Positions 1 through 10,830 of a stretch of 64,000 nt of DNA are shown piece by piece; positions within the stretch are counted from its first letter, which is position 1; the number at the start of each line of letters is the position of its first letter. A program made the translations under genes and the position numbers. This DNA is from Candidatus Eiseniibacteriota bacterium. Lineage in GTDB: Bacteria > Eisenbacteria > RBG-16-71-46. The stretch covers positions 480,001-544,000 of the forward strand of contig CAVQXP010000004.1 in assembly GCA_963717935.1 (NCBI GenBank), read 5' to 3'. The notes below the pieces were generated by a model. It was not told the origin of the DNA. It saw only the letters and a list, made by a program, of their open reading frames with translations, and made no database searches.

Positions 1-228
1 GGCCGCGAGTAGCGCACCTCGACGCGGCCCTGGCGCTCGTCGGAGACGACTGCCCTCGGCGCCATCGAAGACCACGACGAACTTCGCGTCCCCCGAGCCC
101 ACCGCCCACGACAGCAGGTTCACGAGCTTCTCGCGGGCCTGGCGCAGGGTGCGCTCCGCCCCCGGCCGCAACGCCGCCGAGCGGTGAATGAGGTTGTAGC
201 CGTCCACGATGATGAGGCGGTCGCCCAT
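1..228 (-). CDS. NYN/YacP (Rae1)-like PIN-fold ribonuclease, 5' part (runs off window)
   Basis: Manual translation from ATG at 228: MGDRLIIVDGYNLIHR...AREKLVNLLSW...FVVVFDG, matching the YacP 'hhVDGYN' and 'VVFDG' motifs; probable indel near nt 50. Not in the ORF track. Confidence 0.75.
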   Translation of the reverse strand, partial: MGDRLIIVDGYNLIHRSAALRPGAERTLRQAREKLVNLLSWAVGSGDAKFVVVFDGAEGSRLRRAPGPRRGALLAA

Positions 229-416
229 GGCGCGCTCCGGGAAGAGGGCAATCGGAGGATCGCAGCCCCGGACTATAGCGCAGAGCAGAGGCGCCCGGAC
301 AGGCGCGGCGTGACTACGCGGCCGTCTCCCGGCCGGCGAACGAGCGCCGCACCCGGGGCCGCGCGACGACCCGGTGCGCCTTCCCCGGGTCGCGCGCGGT
401 CCCGGCCGGTCCGCCG

Positions 417-1662
417 CTACTCGCCGCCCGACGCCGTGTGCCGGATGGTCCCGTTGTCACCCACCACCCAACCCCGCAGCGCGTCCACGAAGAACACTCC
501 GCGCAGCCGGAACTGGCTGTTCGCGACCTGGGGGATCCAGGTCGCGCCATCATCCGGACTGTGCAGCACGAATCCGGCGGTGCCATTCCAGCCGACGGCG
601 TAGCTCGCCGATGCGCTCCCGGCGCACACGCCCTCGAGCTGATACAAGTTGCCCACGTTCGCCAGCGTCCACGCCACCGAGTCCGGCGTGGCCGAGGTGC
701 CCGGCACGACGCCCTGTGCGCCCACGGCCACGGCGCGCTCGACACTGCGGCGCCACACGGCCTTGAGCGCCTCGCCCGTGATGGACGGCTGCACGATGAA
801 CCACGAGACGCCGCGATCGTGAGTGCCGACGATGATGCCGCCATCGCCCACGGCCCACCCGTCCTTCGTCCCGGCGAACATGACGCCGTTGAGCGTCACG
901 CCGCCGCGGTTGACCTTGTTCCACGTCGCCCCGCGGTCGTAGGTGGCCATGAGCAGGCCGTTCCCGCCGACCACCCAGCCGGTGTCGCGCGTGGCAAAGT
1001 AGACGTCCATCAGGTTCTCGCCGCGTGGCCGGGCTGGTGAGGCGGGTCCAGGTCGAGCCGGCATTCAGCGTGTGGAGCACGGTGCCGCTGTGCGCCCACG
1101 GCCCAGCCCTCCTCCGCGCTCGTGAACCAGACGCCGCGCAACGTGAAGGTGGTCGGCGTGCGGCGCGTCCAGGTAGCGCCCGCGTCGGGGGTCGTGAGCA
1201 CGACGCCACCGGAGCCCACGGCCCAGCCGAGGCGGCCGGCTCCGTCGAAGAAGACGTCGTACAGGTCCTCGATGGCATTGCCCGTCTGGACGACCCAGCC
1301 CGTGGACCCGGGGTAGACCGCCAGGTACGCGGTGTCGGCCTGGCCGCCACCCGCGACGACGAGCAGGGCGGTGCCTTCGCCAAGGGCGCGTCACGAGGCC
1401 GGTGGCGGTGACGGTGAACACGCTCCCGATCGCTCGAGGTCCAGCTGAGCGGGCCCGTGTAGGGGTCGCCAGCCGTGTCCACGGCCGTGGCCGTGAACTG
1501 GCGCGTCTCGCCCACGACGAGCGTGTCGACGTGCACGGACAGCGTCACGGACGAGAGTGGCGGGACGACGATGGGGGCGACCAGGGTCGTGGTCTTCCCG
1601 CAGCCCGCCAGGAGAACCAGCAGGCCGAAGAGGGGCATCAGGCGCTTGAGGGTCGGGTTCAT
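417..1662 (-). CDS. Lipoprotein with Ig-like domain and YCF48/BNR-type beta-propeller repeats (frameshifted across several ORFs)
   Basis: Lipobox LLAGC after MNPTLKRL; Ig-like segment 'LVVGETRQFTATAVDTAG..LSWTSSD'; repeated 'GWVVG..G..h.T.D.GATW' units in ORFs 1010-1219 and 417-1064. Confidence 0.8.
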
Positions 1663-1729
1663 GGTCTCACCGCGGGTTCGGGAGACACGAGGCGAACGGA
1701 CGGGCCGCCGCCGGGACCTACCTTCGGGT

Positions 1730-1745
1730 TGCAATTTCAGGGCCG
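1730..1745 (-). promoter_or_regulatory. Putative sigma54 (-24/-12) promoter of the lipoprotein gene
   Basis: Minus strand reads CGGCCCTGAAATTGCA: GG-N10-GC with a TTGCA -12 element, about 70 nt upstream of the ATG at 1662. Confidence 0.45.
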
Positions 1746-1957
1746 GACACCTCCGTTGCAGGCGCGGGAGTTAGCGTCCCGCCACGATGCAGGATGCGCG
1801 CGGGCCGCATCGTTTCTGCGCAGTCCAGCGCGCGCTGGTCTGCCTCGCCCGGCCGCGGACCCCGGCCTTGAGCCGCGGGCCGGGTTCTTCTAGGCTACTC
1901 CATCCGCACCGCACTTTCCCCTCCCTATCGGGACGCAGCCCGCCCTGGAGACTCCTG

Positions 1958-2909
1958 ATGCTCGAAGTCCGCGACATCGTCAAGACCTTCGATGGCCGGG
2001 CGGTCGTGAACCACGTGTCGTTCGAGGTCCGGCCGGGCGAGATCTTCGCCCTGCTGGGACCCAACGGCGCCGGCAAGACGACGCTCATCCGCATGATCAC
2101 CGACATCCTCAAGCCCGACTCGGGCGAGATCGTCCTCGACGGCAGCCGCGTCGGCGGCGATTCGCGGCGGCAGATCGCCTACCTGCCCGAGGAGCGCGGC
2201 CTGTACCGGCGCGTCTCGCCGATCGACGTGCTGGTCTACTACGGGGAACTCAAGGGCCTCTCCGCGCATGCGGCACGCTCCGCCGGGCTCGCCCTGCTCG
2301 AGCGGATGGAGCTCGCAGCGTGGGCCACGAAGCAGGTGCAGACGCTGTCGAAGGGCATGCAGCAGAAGGTGCAGTTCTGCACGGCGCTCATCGGCGAACC
2401 CCGCCTCCTGATCCTGGACGAGCCCTTCACCGGCCTCGACCCGCTCAACACGCAACTCTTCGAGGAGATCCTCGCCGAGCGCCGCGCCGCGGGCAGCACG
2501 GTGCTGCTCTCGACCCACCAGATGAACAAGGTCGAGGAGTTGTGCGACCGCGCGCTGATGATCAACCGCGGGCACATGGTGCTGTACGGGTCGGTGCGCG
2601 AATTCCGCCGCCAGTACGCGGATCACGCCGTGATGGTGCGCTGCGACCGGCGCCCGGACACCGTGACCGGCGTCCACCGCATCGAGCCCGTGGATGGTGA
2701 ATGGAAGCTCATGCTCGAGCCTTCCGTCAGCCCGCCAGTCGGTGCTGCGGGATCTGGTGGCTTCCGGGCTGGGGATCGAGTCGTTCTCGATCGCGAACCT
2801 GCCGCTCGAGGACGTCTTCGTACGGGTCGTCCGCGAGGGCCTCGGTCTCGACCACGGCCAGAGCGGGCCCACCGGGCCGGAGCCGGCCACGAAGGGCGGT
2901 GCGCGATGA
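1958..2909 (+). CDS. ABC transporter ATP-binding protein (NatA/YhaQ-like), frameshift near 2735
   Basis: Walker A GPNGAGKT, signature LSKGMQQK, Walker B LLILDEP, STH; C-terminal 'SFSIANLPLEDVFVRVV' is in the 2694-2909 frame. Confidence 0.9.
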
Positions 2910-4201
2910 CGCTCTCCTGGAGACGCGCCCTGATCGTGGCGCGGCGCGAGTACCTGACCGCGGTGAGACGGAAGGCGTTCCTCTTCACGCTCATCGCGGT
3001 GCCACTGTACTTCGGCGGAGTCATGGCCCTGGCCACGCGCGGCCAGACGTCGACCCGGCGTGATTCCCTGCGTTCCTTCACCCGGCTGGGCGTCGTGGAC
3101 TCCTCGGGGCTCTACGCCGGCCGCCACGCGCACCCTCACCACCAGCATGGCCGTGGACCCGACCGGCGACCCCGCGGAGCGCGAGACCTATCGCACCGAC
3201 GTGGTGTTCTACGCGGACCAGCAGAGCCTCGAGCGGGCGCTGCGCTCCGGCGAGGTCCCGCAGGCCCTCGTCATCTCCGCGGACTACCTGGCCTCCGGCG
3301 CACTGCGCCGCTACTCGCGCGTGGACGGCATCTTCACCTCGAACTCGGCCCAGCGCTCGATCGAGCGTTGGCTCGCACGCAACCTCCTGGCCGGACGGGC
3401 CGACTCGCTGCGCGTCGAGCGCGCCACGCATCCGTCCCTCTCGATGAGCCGACGACTACACCCTCAGCAAGGCGGGCAAATTCGAGAGCAAGAACGACCG
3501 GCGCGAGATGCTGGAGTTCATGGTCCCGTTCATGTTCTCGATCCTGCTGGGCATGTGCATCATCACCGGCGGCCAGTACCTGCTGCAGGGCGTGAGCGAG
3601 GAGAAGGAGTCGCGCATCCTCGAGTCGCTGCTCTGCGCGCTCTCCCCGGAGGACCTGCTGGCCGGGAAGCTGCTGGGCCTGGGCGCCACCGGGCTCACGC
3701 TCGTGGGCGTGTGGATGGGCGCGGGCGTGGCCCTGGGCGGACCGATGATGGCGCTGGCGGACGTGCAGCTGCCGCCCGCGCTGCTCGCGCTCGCGGTCGT
3801 GTACTTCCTGCTCGGGTACCTGTTCTACGCCGGCCTGATGACCGGGATCGGAGCGGTCACGAACAACATGCGCGAGGCGCAGCAGTTCGCGATGATGTTC
3901 ACGTTCGCGAACTTCGTGCCCTTCATCCTGCTGACCACCCTCCTGTCGAAGCCGGACGGGCCCCTGGCCGTCGGCCTCTCGCTGTTCCCGCCCGACCGCG
4001 TCCACCACCATGATGCTGCGGCTGGGCACCGCGTCGGCCAACGTCCCGGCCTGGCAGATCGCCACGTCGCTCGCGTTGCTCGCGCTCGCGGGCTGGCTGG
4101 TGCTGCGCGGCGCCGCGCGGGTGTTCCGCATCGGGCTGCTGATGACCGGCAAGACGCCGAACCTGCCCGAGATCTGGCGCTGGGCTCGCGCCGGCAAGTG
4201 A
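2906..4201 (+). CDS. ABC-2 type permease (NatB/YhaP-like), frameshifted
   Basis: ATGA overlap with the ATPase; 'ARREYLTAVRRKAF'; 'EEKESRILESLL..LLAGKLLG'; C-terminal 'ARVFRIGLLMTGK'; multiple TM segments. Confidence 0.85.
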
Positions 4202-4443
4202 GCGGCGGCAGCGCTGCCGCTGCGGCAGGTGGCCGGGAGACGCGGGGCGGCGGACCAGCAGGCTGGAGCCTGGCCGCGGGACACCGCCCCGGTCCGTCCC
4301 GGCCCTCGATCGCTTCCCCTTTTCAATGGGACTTTCGTAGCCCCGTCATGGCATTTCGGAAGGGCACGGGGGGTGGGAGCACGCAATTCGCGAAGGCCAC
4401 TTTGTCCTTGGCGACACCGCCCCATCGTTGAGACAATTAGATA

Positions 4444-4712
4444 GGTGTCCTTGGGACCCGGGTGTCCCCTGGCTCACCTCTTGCGTTTGGCAGACGCGGG
4501 AGGCTGGACTCGGGTCCGGTCTTTCAAGGCAAGTTCACGAGCCGCCACGGGCAGGTAAGCCGGGTCCGCAAGACCCCCTGCCACGCGACGGGGTGGGAGT
4601 CGAGGCGTACGGCGATCAAGCGCTGTCGCCCCCGCTTCCCTCATGAACGACGCGGGCGGCTGCCTGCCCGCGAGCAAACGGGATCGCCCGGGTGTCCCCC
4701 GGGCGTTTTCGT
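4444..4712 (+). ncRNA. Candidate structured ncRNA (~270 nt) ending in an intrinsic terminator; family unknown
   Basis: Promoter-like TTGGCG-N18-GACAAT (4408-4437); helices 4454-63/4508-17, 4477-88/4492-503, 4533-41/4640-48, 4550-55/4577-82, 4605-14/4621-30, 4652-59/4664-71; no convincing ORF. Confidence 0.55.
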
Positions 4713-4713
4713 T
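4685..4713 (+). terminator. Rho-independent terminator-like hairpin
   Basis: CGCCCGGG-tgtcc-CCCGGGCG followed by TTTTCGTT. Confidence 0.65.
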
Positions 4714-4795
4714 GGGGAGGCGCCCTTCCGGGTGTGGCGGCGCGGTCGCCGCCGCCCCGCGCGTCCCCGCGCGCAGGCTCCGCGCGATGTGTCCG

Positions 4796-5413
4796 TCAGG
4801 GGCGGCGCGTGAAGCGCTGCAGGACCCCCGTCAGGCACGCCATCGCGTCGGCGGGCATGGGCGCCCGCCCCGCGCCGACGGTGCAGGGCCCCGCCACGGC
4901 GTTGAGCAGGACCAGCGGCAGGCGATCGCCGGTGCGCAGCGGCGCCCGCACCCACGGGAGCACGGCCCGCACCGCGGCCTCGGCCACCGAGGCCACGCGC
5001 GGCCGGTCCTCGGGGACGCAGACGAAGCGCGCTCCGTCCCAGCCCAGCACGGCGGCCACGCAGCTCTCGTAGATCTCGTCCCCGTCGGACGAGGTCAGCA
5101 GCGTGGCCACGCCCGGGAGGCGGACGGTGTCGTACGCGTTCGGCGGGCCCGGCTTGGGGAACGCGCCTCGATGCGCCGCGAACGGGGAGACCCGCCGGCG
5201 AACCGGCATCCCCGCGACCAGGCGTGAGCCCGCCAGGCGCCTGGTCCGCAGCTCGCCGTCCGTCGCCGCGACGCCGTAGATCCCCGGCGTGGCCACCCGG
5301 GCGAAGCGCCGGAATCCGGCCTGGACCTCCGGACCCTCGGGCGCAAGCCGCTCCGCATGGAAGTCGTGGAGCACCACGCCCGCATCGGTCACCCGCAGCG
5401 TCGTGTACCTCAA
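4796..5413 (-). CDS. Short aminotransferase class IV / aminodeoxychorismate lyase-like protein
   Basis: 'YTTLRV...FHAERL', 'EIYESCVAA', 'LLNAVAG'; overlaps and follows pabA/pabB-like genes. Confidence 0.65.
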   Translation of the reverse strand: MRYTTLRVTDAGVVLHDFHAERLAPEGPEVQAGFRRFARVATPGIYGVAATDGELRTRRLAGSRLVAGMPVRRRVSPFAAHRGAFPKPGPPNAYDTVRLPGVATLLTSSDGDEIYESCVAAVLGWDGARFVCVPEDRPRVASVAEAAVRAVLPWVRAPLRTGDRLPLVLLNAVAGPCTVGAGRAPMPADAMACLTGVLQRFTRRP

Positions 5414-6393
5414 CGCAGCGCCCCCAGCTTCACGTGCAATTCCTCGAGCTCGAGGCCCGGGTCCGAATCGTGGACGATGCCGCCACCGACGCCGTAGACC
5501 CAGCCCACGGCGTCGCGGGTGGCGGTGCGGATGAGCAGGCTCATGGTCGTGCGCCCGCCAGCGTCGAAGCCGAGGGCGCCACAGTACGCGCCCCGCGGCG
5601 AGCGCTCGAGCCGGTCGATCATGGCCCCGGCCGCCCGCTTGGGCGCGCCCGTGACGGAGCCGCCCGGGTGCAGCGCGGCGAGCGCATCGAGCGCAGTCAG
5701 GCCGGGCAGCAGCTCGCCTTCGACGTCACTCACCGTCTGCGTCGCATAGGGCAGCGGGACGAAGCGGCGCTCGGCGCGCACCGCGACGCTCCGCGGCCGG
5801 CACAGCGGCGTGAGGTCGTGGCGCACGAGATCCGTGATCATGGCCAGCTCGGCGCGATCCTTCTCGCTCGCCGCGAGCGCTGCGGCATCGTGGGGGCCCA
5901 CGGTGCCCTTCATCGGCTCCGAGCGGATCCTCCCGCCATCGATCTCGAAGAGCAGTTCCGGGGAAGCCGAGACGAACTCCACGCCGCCGGGCAGACGGAC
6001 CCACGCGGCGAAGCGAGGCAGGCCGCGCGCCGCCATCCGGGCGAGCAGCGAGGCTCCGGCCACCGGCGCGAGGCGCGCGCGCACCGTGAGACATACCTGG
6101 TAGACATCGCCCGCGGCGATGGCCTCCCGGATCTCCTCCACGGCTTCGGCGTACCCGGCGACATCGAGCCGCGGTTCGAGGACGGCCGCAGGAGGCAGTT
6201 CGAGCGCGGCCACGGGCTGGACCTCCCCGTCCAGGAGCAGGGCGTCGCGGCCATGGGTCTCGTACGGGGCGAAGAGGAGCCGCGGGGCGCGCGACGTCGG
6301 ACGAAGACCCGTGAGCAGCAGGGCCTCGCCCCCACCGAAGCCCGGCCCCAGAAAGGCGAACGCCGGCAGGCTCTCGAGGTCGACGAGCCTCAT
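5410..6393 (-). CDS. pabB: Chorismate-binding enzyme (ADC synthase / anthranilate synthase component I family, compact)
   Basis: GDVYQVCL, SASPELL, PMKGT, EKDRAELAMITDLVRHDL, GSVTGAPK, RGAYCGALG, IRT, GGGIV; start MRLVDLES overlaps the pabA stop. Confidence 0.85.
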   Translation of the reverse strand: MRLVDLESLPAFAFLGPGFGGGEALLLTGLRPTSRAPRLLFAPYETHGRDALLLDGEVQPVAALELPPAAVLEPRLDVAGYAEAVEEIREAIAAGDVYQVCLTVRARLAPVAGASLLARMAARGLPRFAAWVRLPGGVEFVSASPELLFEIDGGRIRSEPMKGTVGPHDAAALAASEKDRAELAMITDLVRHDLTPLCRPRSVAVRAERRFVPLPYATQTVSDVEGELLPGLTALDALAALHPGGSVTGAPKRAAGAMIDRLERSPRGAYCGALGFDAGGRTTMSLLIRTATRDAVGWVYGVGGGIVHDSDPGLELEELHVKLGALR

Positions 6394-6953
6394 GCGAGCC
6401 CCCGGAAGAAGGCCTCGATCATCTCCGCCCCTCGGGGCGTCGCGAACGAGTCGGGATGGAACTGCAGACCGGCCAGGGAGAGCTCCACGTGCTCCACGGC
6501 CATGACGACGCCGTCCTCGCTGGTCGCGACCACGCGGAGCGGGGCCGCGACGTCGGCGAGCGCCAGGGAGTGGTAGCGCATCACCGTCTGGGGGCCGGCG
6601 AACGCGGCGAAGAGACGCGCGCCCGTGAAGGATGCGACCGAGCGTTTCCCGTGGCGGGGCGGCGTGCGCACGAGTCGCGCCCCGAAGGCCAGCCCGATGG
6701 CCTGATGTCCGAGGCAGATGCCGAGCGTGGGGAGCCGCCGCGCCGCCGCCGCGCGGACCACGCCGACCAGGCCGGTGCGTTCCGGGTCCGTCGGCCCCGG
6801 GCCGATGACGAGCACGTCCGCGCCCGCAAGCCGGTCCGGGTGCGCCGCGACCTCGCGCCCGGGGACGACCACCACCTCGTCCCGCGCGCACGGCAGCCGG
6901 TCGATCACGTTCCACGAGAACGAATCCTCGTTTTCCAGGAAGAGCACACGCAT
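6390..6953 (-). CDS. pabA: Class I glutamine amidotransferase (PabA/TrpG)
   Basis: NEDSFSWN, IGPGP, LGICLGHQ, MRYHSL, GLQFHPDS. Confidence 0.9.
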   Translation of the reverse strand: MRVLFLENEDSFSWNVIDRLPCARDEVVVVPGREVAAHPDRLAGADVLVIGPGPTDPERTGLVGVVRAAAARRLPTLGICLGHQAIGLAFGARLVRTPPRHGKRSVASFTGARLFAAFAGPQTVMRYHSLALADVAAPLRVVATSEDGVVMAVEHVELSLAGLQFHPDSFATPRGAEMIEAFFRGLA

Positions 6954-7072
6954 GGGACAGAAGGGAAGCGCAAGACGGGGCCACGCACAAGCCCGCGGCC
7001 GGGCCTCCCGGGCCAGGCCCGGTCCGCCCCGCGCTTGCGCCCTCGCGCCCGACCCCGCACAATCGCGGTGCG

Positions 7073-8797
7073 ATGCGCTCCCTGCGACTCGGCCTGGCCC
7101 AGTTCAACCCGACGGTCGGCGACCTCGACGGCAACTTCGAGCGGATCGTCGCCGCGATCGGGCGCGCCCGCGCCCTGGGCGTGGAGGTTCTGGCCTTTCC
7201 CGAGCTGGCGATCACCGGCTACCCGCCCGAGGACCTGCTGCTCAATCCCTCGTTCGTCGAACGGGCCGTGCAACGCACGCGCGACCTCGTCCCCCATTCG
7301 GCGGGCATGACCCTCGTCGTGGGCACCGTGGAGCGCGAGGCGGAGCAGTTCGACGCGGCCGCGGTGCTGCACGACGGCCACTGGGCCGGTGTCTACCACA
7401 AGCACCATCTGCCCAACTACGGCGTCTTCGACGAGAAGCGCTACTTCGCCCCGGGCCGCGGGAACATGGTGTTCGTGCGCGACGGCGTGACGCTCGGCGT
7501 GAGCATCTGCGAGGACATCTGGTTCCCGGGTGGGCCGATCGAGGAGCAGGCGGGGCGCGGCGGCGCCGAGGTCCTGCTCAACCTGTCGGCTTCGCCCTAC
7601 CATGCGGGCAAGGCCGGCGCGCGCCAACGCATGCTGTGCGCCCGCGCCACCGACCACCGCGCGATCGTCGCCTACGTGAACCTGGTGGGCGGGCAGGACG
7701 AGGTGCTCCACGACGGCGCGAGCCTGATCCTCGGGCCCCGGGGCGAGGTGCTGGCCGAGGGCGCGATGTTCGAGGAGGACCTGATCGTCGCCGACCTCGA
7801 TCTGGACGTTGTCTCCGACGCCCGGCGGAGCGCTCCGCCGACGCCCGGGGAACGGGCGGCGCGGGGCGCCGAGGAGCTGCCGCGCGTCCCGCTGGCCGCC
7901 CCGGCCGCGGCCGCGAAGCCCGCATTGCCGGCGCGCCCGGCCCCGGCCGCGCGTGATCTCGAGGCCGAGGTGTACGACGCGCTGGTCCTCGCCACGCGCG
8001 ACTACGTGCGCAAGAACGGCTTCGACACGGCGGTGCTCGGGCTCTCCGGGGGCATCGATTCGGCGCTCTGCGCCTGCATCGCCGCCGACGCGCTCGGCCC
8101 GCAACAGGTCGTGGGCGTGAGCATGCCGGGCCCCTACAGCGCGGGCTTCTCCCGTGAGGACGCCGAGGCGCTGTGCCGGGCGCTCGGCCTGCGCTTCTAC
8201 GTGATCCCGATCGTGGACGTGTTCGAGTCCTACGGCCGCGCGCTGGCGCCGGCCTTCGCGGGCCGCGCGAGCGACACCACCGAGGAGAACCTGCAGGCGC
8301 GCATCCGCGGCAACTACCTGATGGCGCTGTCGAACAAGTACGGCTGGCTCGTGCTCACGACCGGCAACAAGAGCGAGACCTCGGTGGGCTACAGCACGCT
8401 GTACGGCGACACGGCGGGCGGCTTCGCGGTGCTGAAGGACGTCTACAAGACCATGGTCTACCGGCTCGCGCGGCACCGCAACGGGCGTTCGGCCGTGATC
8501 CCCGAGCGCACGTTCACGCGCCCGCCCACGGCCGAGCTCAGGCCCGATCAGACCGACCAGGACACGCTCCCGCCCTACGAGGCGCTCGACGCGATCCTCG
8601 AGGCCTACGTCGAGGAGGACTGCTCGGTGGCCGAGATGGTGGCCGCGGGCCACGACGAGGCGAGGGTGCGCCGAGTGATGCGCCTGGTGGACGCGGCCGA
8701 GTACAAGCGCCGCCAGAGCCCGCCGGGCGTGAAGATCACGCCGCGCGCCTTCGGCCGCGACCGGCGGCTCCCGATCACGAACCGCTGGCGGGGTTAG
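7073..8797 (+). CDS. nadE: Glutamine-dependent NAD+ synthetase
   Basis: Nitrilase domain (FPEL, LPNYGVFDEKRYF, SICEDIW) plus synthetase domain (LGLSGGIDS, ENLQARIRG, TGNKSE, GYSTLYGD, EYKRRQSPPG). Confidence 0.97.
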   Translation: MRSLRLGLAQFNPTVGDLDGNFERIVAAIGRARALGVEVLAFPELAITGYPPEDLLLNPSFVERAVQRTRDLVPHSAGMTLVVGTVEREAEQFDAAAVLHDGHWAGVYHKHHLPNYGVFDEKRYFAPGRGNMVFVRDGVTLGVSICEDIWFPGGPIEEQAGRGGAEVLLNLSASPYHAGKAGARQRMLCARATDHRAIVAYVNLVGGQDEVLHDGASLILGPRGEVLAEGAMFEEDLIVADLDLDVVSDARRSAPPTPGERAARGAEELPRVPLAAPAAAAKPALPARPAPAARDLEAEVYDALVLATRDYVRKNGFDTAVLGLSGGIDSALCACIAADALGPQQVVGVSMPGPYSAGFSREDAEALCRALGLRFYVIPIVDVFESYGRALAPAFAGRASDTTEENLQARIRGNYLMALSNKYGWLVLTTGNKSETSVGYSTLYGDTAGGFAVLKDVYKTMVYRLARHRNGRSAVIPERTFTRPPTAELRPDQTDQDTLPPYEALDAILEAYVEEDCSVAEMVAAGHDEARVRRVMRLVDAAEYKRRQSPPGVKITPRAFGRDRRLPITNRWRG

Positions 8798-8926
8798 CGC
8801 GACTCGCGTTCGGGGGTCGGAGCGGCCCGGGCACGCCCTCCCGCACTCCACCGCGCGCGAGAGCCTGTCCCCGGACAAGCGAAACGCCGGACGGGTCGTC
8901 CCGTCCGGCGTCCGGCCTCCTGCGGG

Positions 8927-9475
8927 CTACTTCCCCGCGTCGATCACCGCCACCAGGACGCCGTGATCGATGCGGAACGAATAGTCCCCGCTCGCGCCCA
9001 GGGCGTAGAGCGTGAAGACGCCGTCGCCCTTGATCTCGGTGAGCAGCGCGGTCTTGCCGCTCTGGAACAGCGCGGCCGACTGGTCCCACGTGATCCTCGT
9101 CGTCGCGCCGACGGCCAGCCGGAGAGGGCCCCACACCTTCACCGCGCCGGGCTCGGTGATGACGCTGGCCGCGTCACCGAGGTCCGTGAGGGCCGGGGTC
9201 ATCCAGAGCTCGACGCTCACCGGCGCGTCGCCGAGGTTGGTGAACTCGCCGAGGATGGCGACGTCGGACAGACCCTTCAGGTCCGACTTGTGGTCGTTGT
9301 AGGTGCCCACCGTGTTCAGGTCCACGGCGGCGCGCTGAACGTCCGCCGGGCTCGCGATCGTGACCGGATCCGGCAGATCGTAGGAGACGATGAACTGGCC
9401 GGAGACCAGGATGCAGCCGGCGGCGAGCAGCACCGCCAGCACGAGGGTCGGGATGGTCCAGCGAAGGTTTCTCAT
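8927..9475 (-). CDS. Hypothetical lipoprotein
   Basis: Signal peptide with lipobox LAAGC; G-rich RBS; typical codon usage. Confidence 0.75.
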   Translation of the reverse strand: MRNLRWTIPTLVLAVLLAAGCILVSGQFIVSYDLPDPVTIASPADVQRAAVDLNTVGTYNDHKSDLKGLSDVAILGEFTNLGDAPVSVELWMTPALTDLGDAASVITEPGAVKVWGPLRLAVGATTRITWDQSAALFQSGKTALLTEIKGDGVFTLYALGASGDYSFRIDHGVLVAVIDAGK

Positions 9476-9487
9476 GGCAGTCCCCCC

Positions 9488-10033
9488 TTACGGCAGGCTC
9501 AGGAAGTGGTACGAAACGCCGGCCGTCACGTTGGCGAACTTCCGCGAGGTCTCGCCCAGCGTGATCATGTTCAGCTCCCCGCGCACGTCCACGTCCAACT
9601 TGGGGATGGCCGAGAGGCCGAGGCCAAGGCCGAAGTTGTAGCCGACCTTGGTCAGGTCCCCCGTCCCTTCGCGCGTCAGCTTGTGGGAGCCGATGCCGAC
9701 GAACGGGTAGAAGCGCACGGGCCCCCCCGTCGAGAGCATGGCGTTCACGCCGTAGGCCGTGATCTTGCCGCCGTCGCGCGTGTACGGGAGCGTGCCGAAC
9801 GTCTCTTCCGCGTCGCCCAGGGAGGCCGTGGCCCAGTAGGGCTCGACCTTGAGCAGGGGCAGCAGGCTCACCGGCAGGCGCAGCCCGTAGAGCGTGCCCT
9901 GCGTCGAGTCGTCCTGCAGGATGGGGATGCTCACGCCTCCGAACACGCCGCCGCCGACGCTCACGCCGATGGCGCTCGCGGCGCCCGCGCCGAGGACGAG
10001 CGCGAGCAGCACGCCGGGTAGGATCCTCTTCAT
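9488..10033 (-). CDS. Small outer-membrane beta-barrel protein
   Basis: Signal peptide MKRILPGVLLALVLGAGAASA; amphipathic strands 'RFYPFVGIG', 'GYNFGLGL', C-terminal 'VTAGVSYHF'. Confidence 0.8.
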   Translation of the reverse strand: MKRILPGVLLALVLGAGAASAIGVSVGGGVFGGVSIPILQDDSTQGTLYGLRLPVSLLPLLKVEPYWATASLGDAEETFGTLPYTRDGGKITAYGVNAMLSTGGPVRFYPFVGIGSHKLTREGTGDLTKVGYNFGLGLGLSAIPKLDVDVRGELNMITLGETSRKFANVTAGVSYHFLSLP

Positions 10034-10083
10034 GTGCCGTTCCCTCCTTTGGGTCATCGTCCCGGGACGAGTCCCAGGATGGC

Positions 10084-10770
10084 TCATTGTGCCACGCGCA
10101 CAGCCACCACGCGAGCGGAGGCGTGGCGCGTGAGACGGCCTGCGATGTGCTCCAGCATGGTCGAGAGGTGACCATCGGCCCGTTCCACCGGGCAGAACAC
10201 CACGACCAGCAGTCGCGTGGTGGTCGCGGTGACCGATGTGCGCTCCGAGTCCGACGTCGGTGCCCCGAAAGGGCCCTCGTCGTCGGCCAGCAGCAGCCGC
10301 CCGGCCAGGTTCACCCGTTGCTTGCGGATCCCCGGGTAGCCTTCCCCTTCGCGGCCGGCCCGCGCATGCACCGCGCCCTTCACGTGCTCGCGGTCGTACA
10401 GACCGAGGGGCAGCTGGTGCTCGAGCGAGCACAGGTTGCAGATGTCCACCGCGAGGTTGACCCGGGGCAGGCCCTTGCCCTGCACCACCCGGCGCAGCAG
10501 CGCCTCGCTGCTCGGGCGGGTCTTGGTGGGGTCCACGCCGAGCCGGTGGAACAGCGCGCGGGCCTCGGCGACGCCGGGAATGCCGACCGGCGGCTGGCCG
10601 GCGTGCTCACCCTCGAGGCGGGCGCAGACCTGCGCGCACTCCTCGTCGAACTCGCGCGGCACCGGTTCCATCCGAACGTTCTCGGCCTCGAGCAGACCCA
10701 GGGCGAGCGCGCCGCGGAGCGAGGCTTCGACCGTGAGGCCCAGTTCCGGTGCGTGCGCCTCCATCCCCAT
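10084..10770 (-). CDS. Stand-alone B3/4 domain protein (PheRS beta editing-domain-like)
   Basis: 'GVDPTKTRPSSEALLRRV..G..LPRVN..VD.CN..SL...LPLGLYD', 'ADDEGPFG.PTSDSERT'. Confidence 0.88.
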   Translation of the reverse strand: MGMEAHAPELGLTVEASLRGALALGLLEAENVRMEPVPREFDEECAQVCARLEGEHAGQPPVGIPGVAEARALFHRLGVDPTKTRPSSEALLRRVVQGKGLPRVNLAVDICNLCSLEHQLPLGLYDREHVKGAVHARAGREGEGYPGIRKQRVNLAGRLLLADDEGPFGAPTSDSERTSVTATTTRLLVVVFCPVERADGHLSTMLEHIAGRLTRHASARVVAVRVAQ

Positions 10771-10830
10771 CGCGGTCACTCCGGTGACGGGTCCCGGCGG
10801 CCCGGGCTGCCCTCGAAACGGCACATGCGC

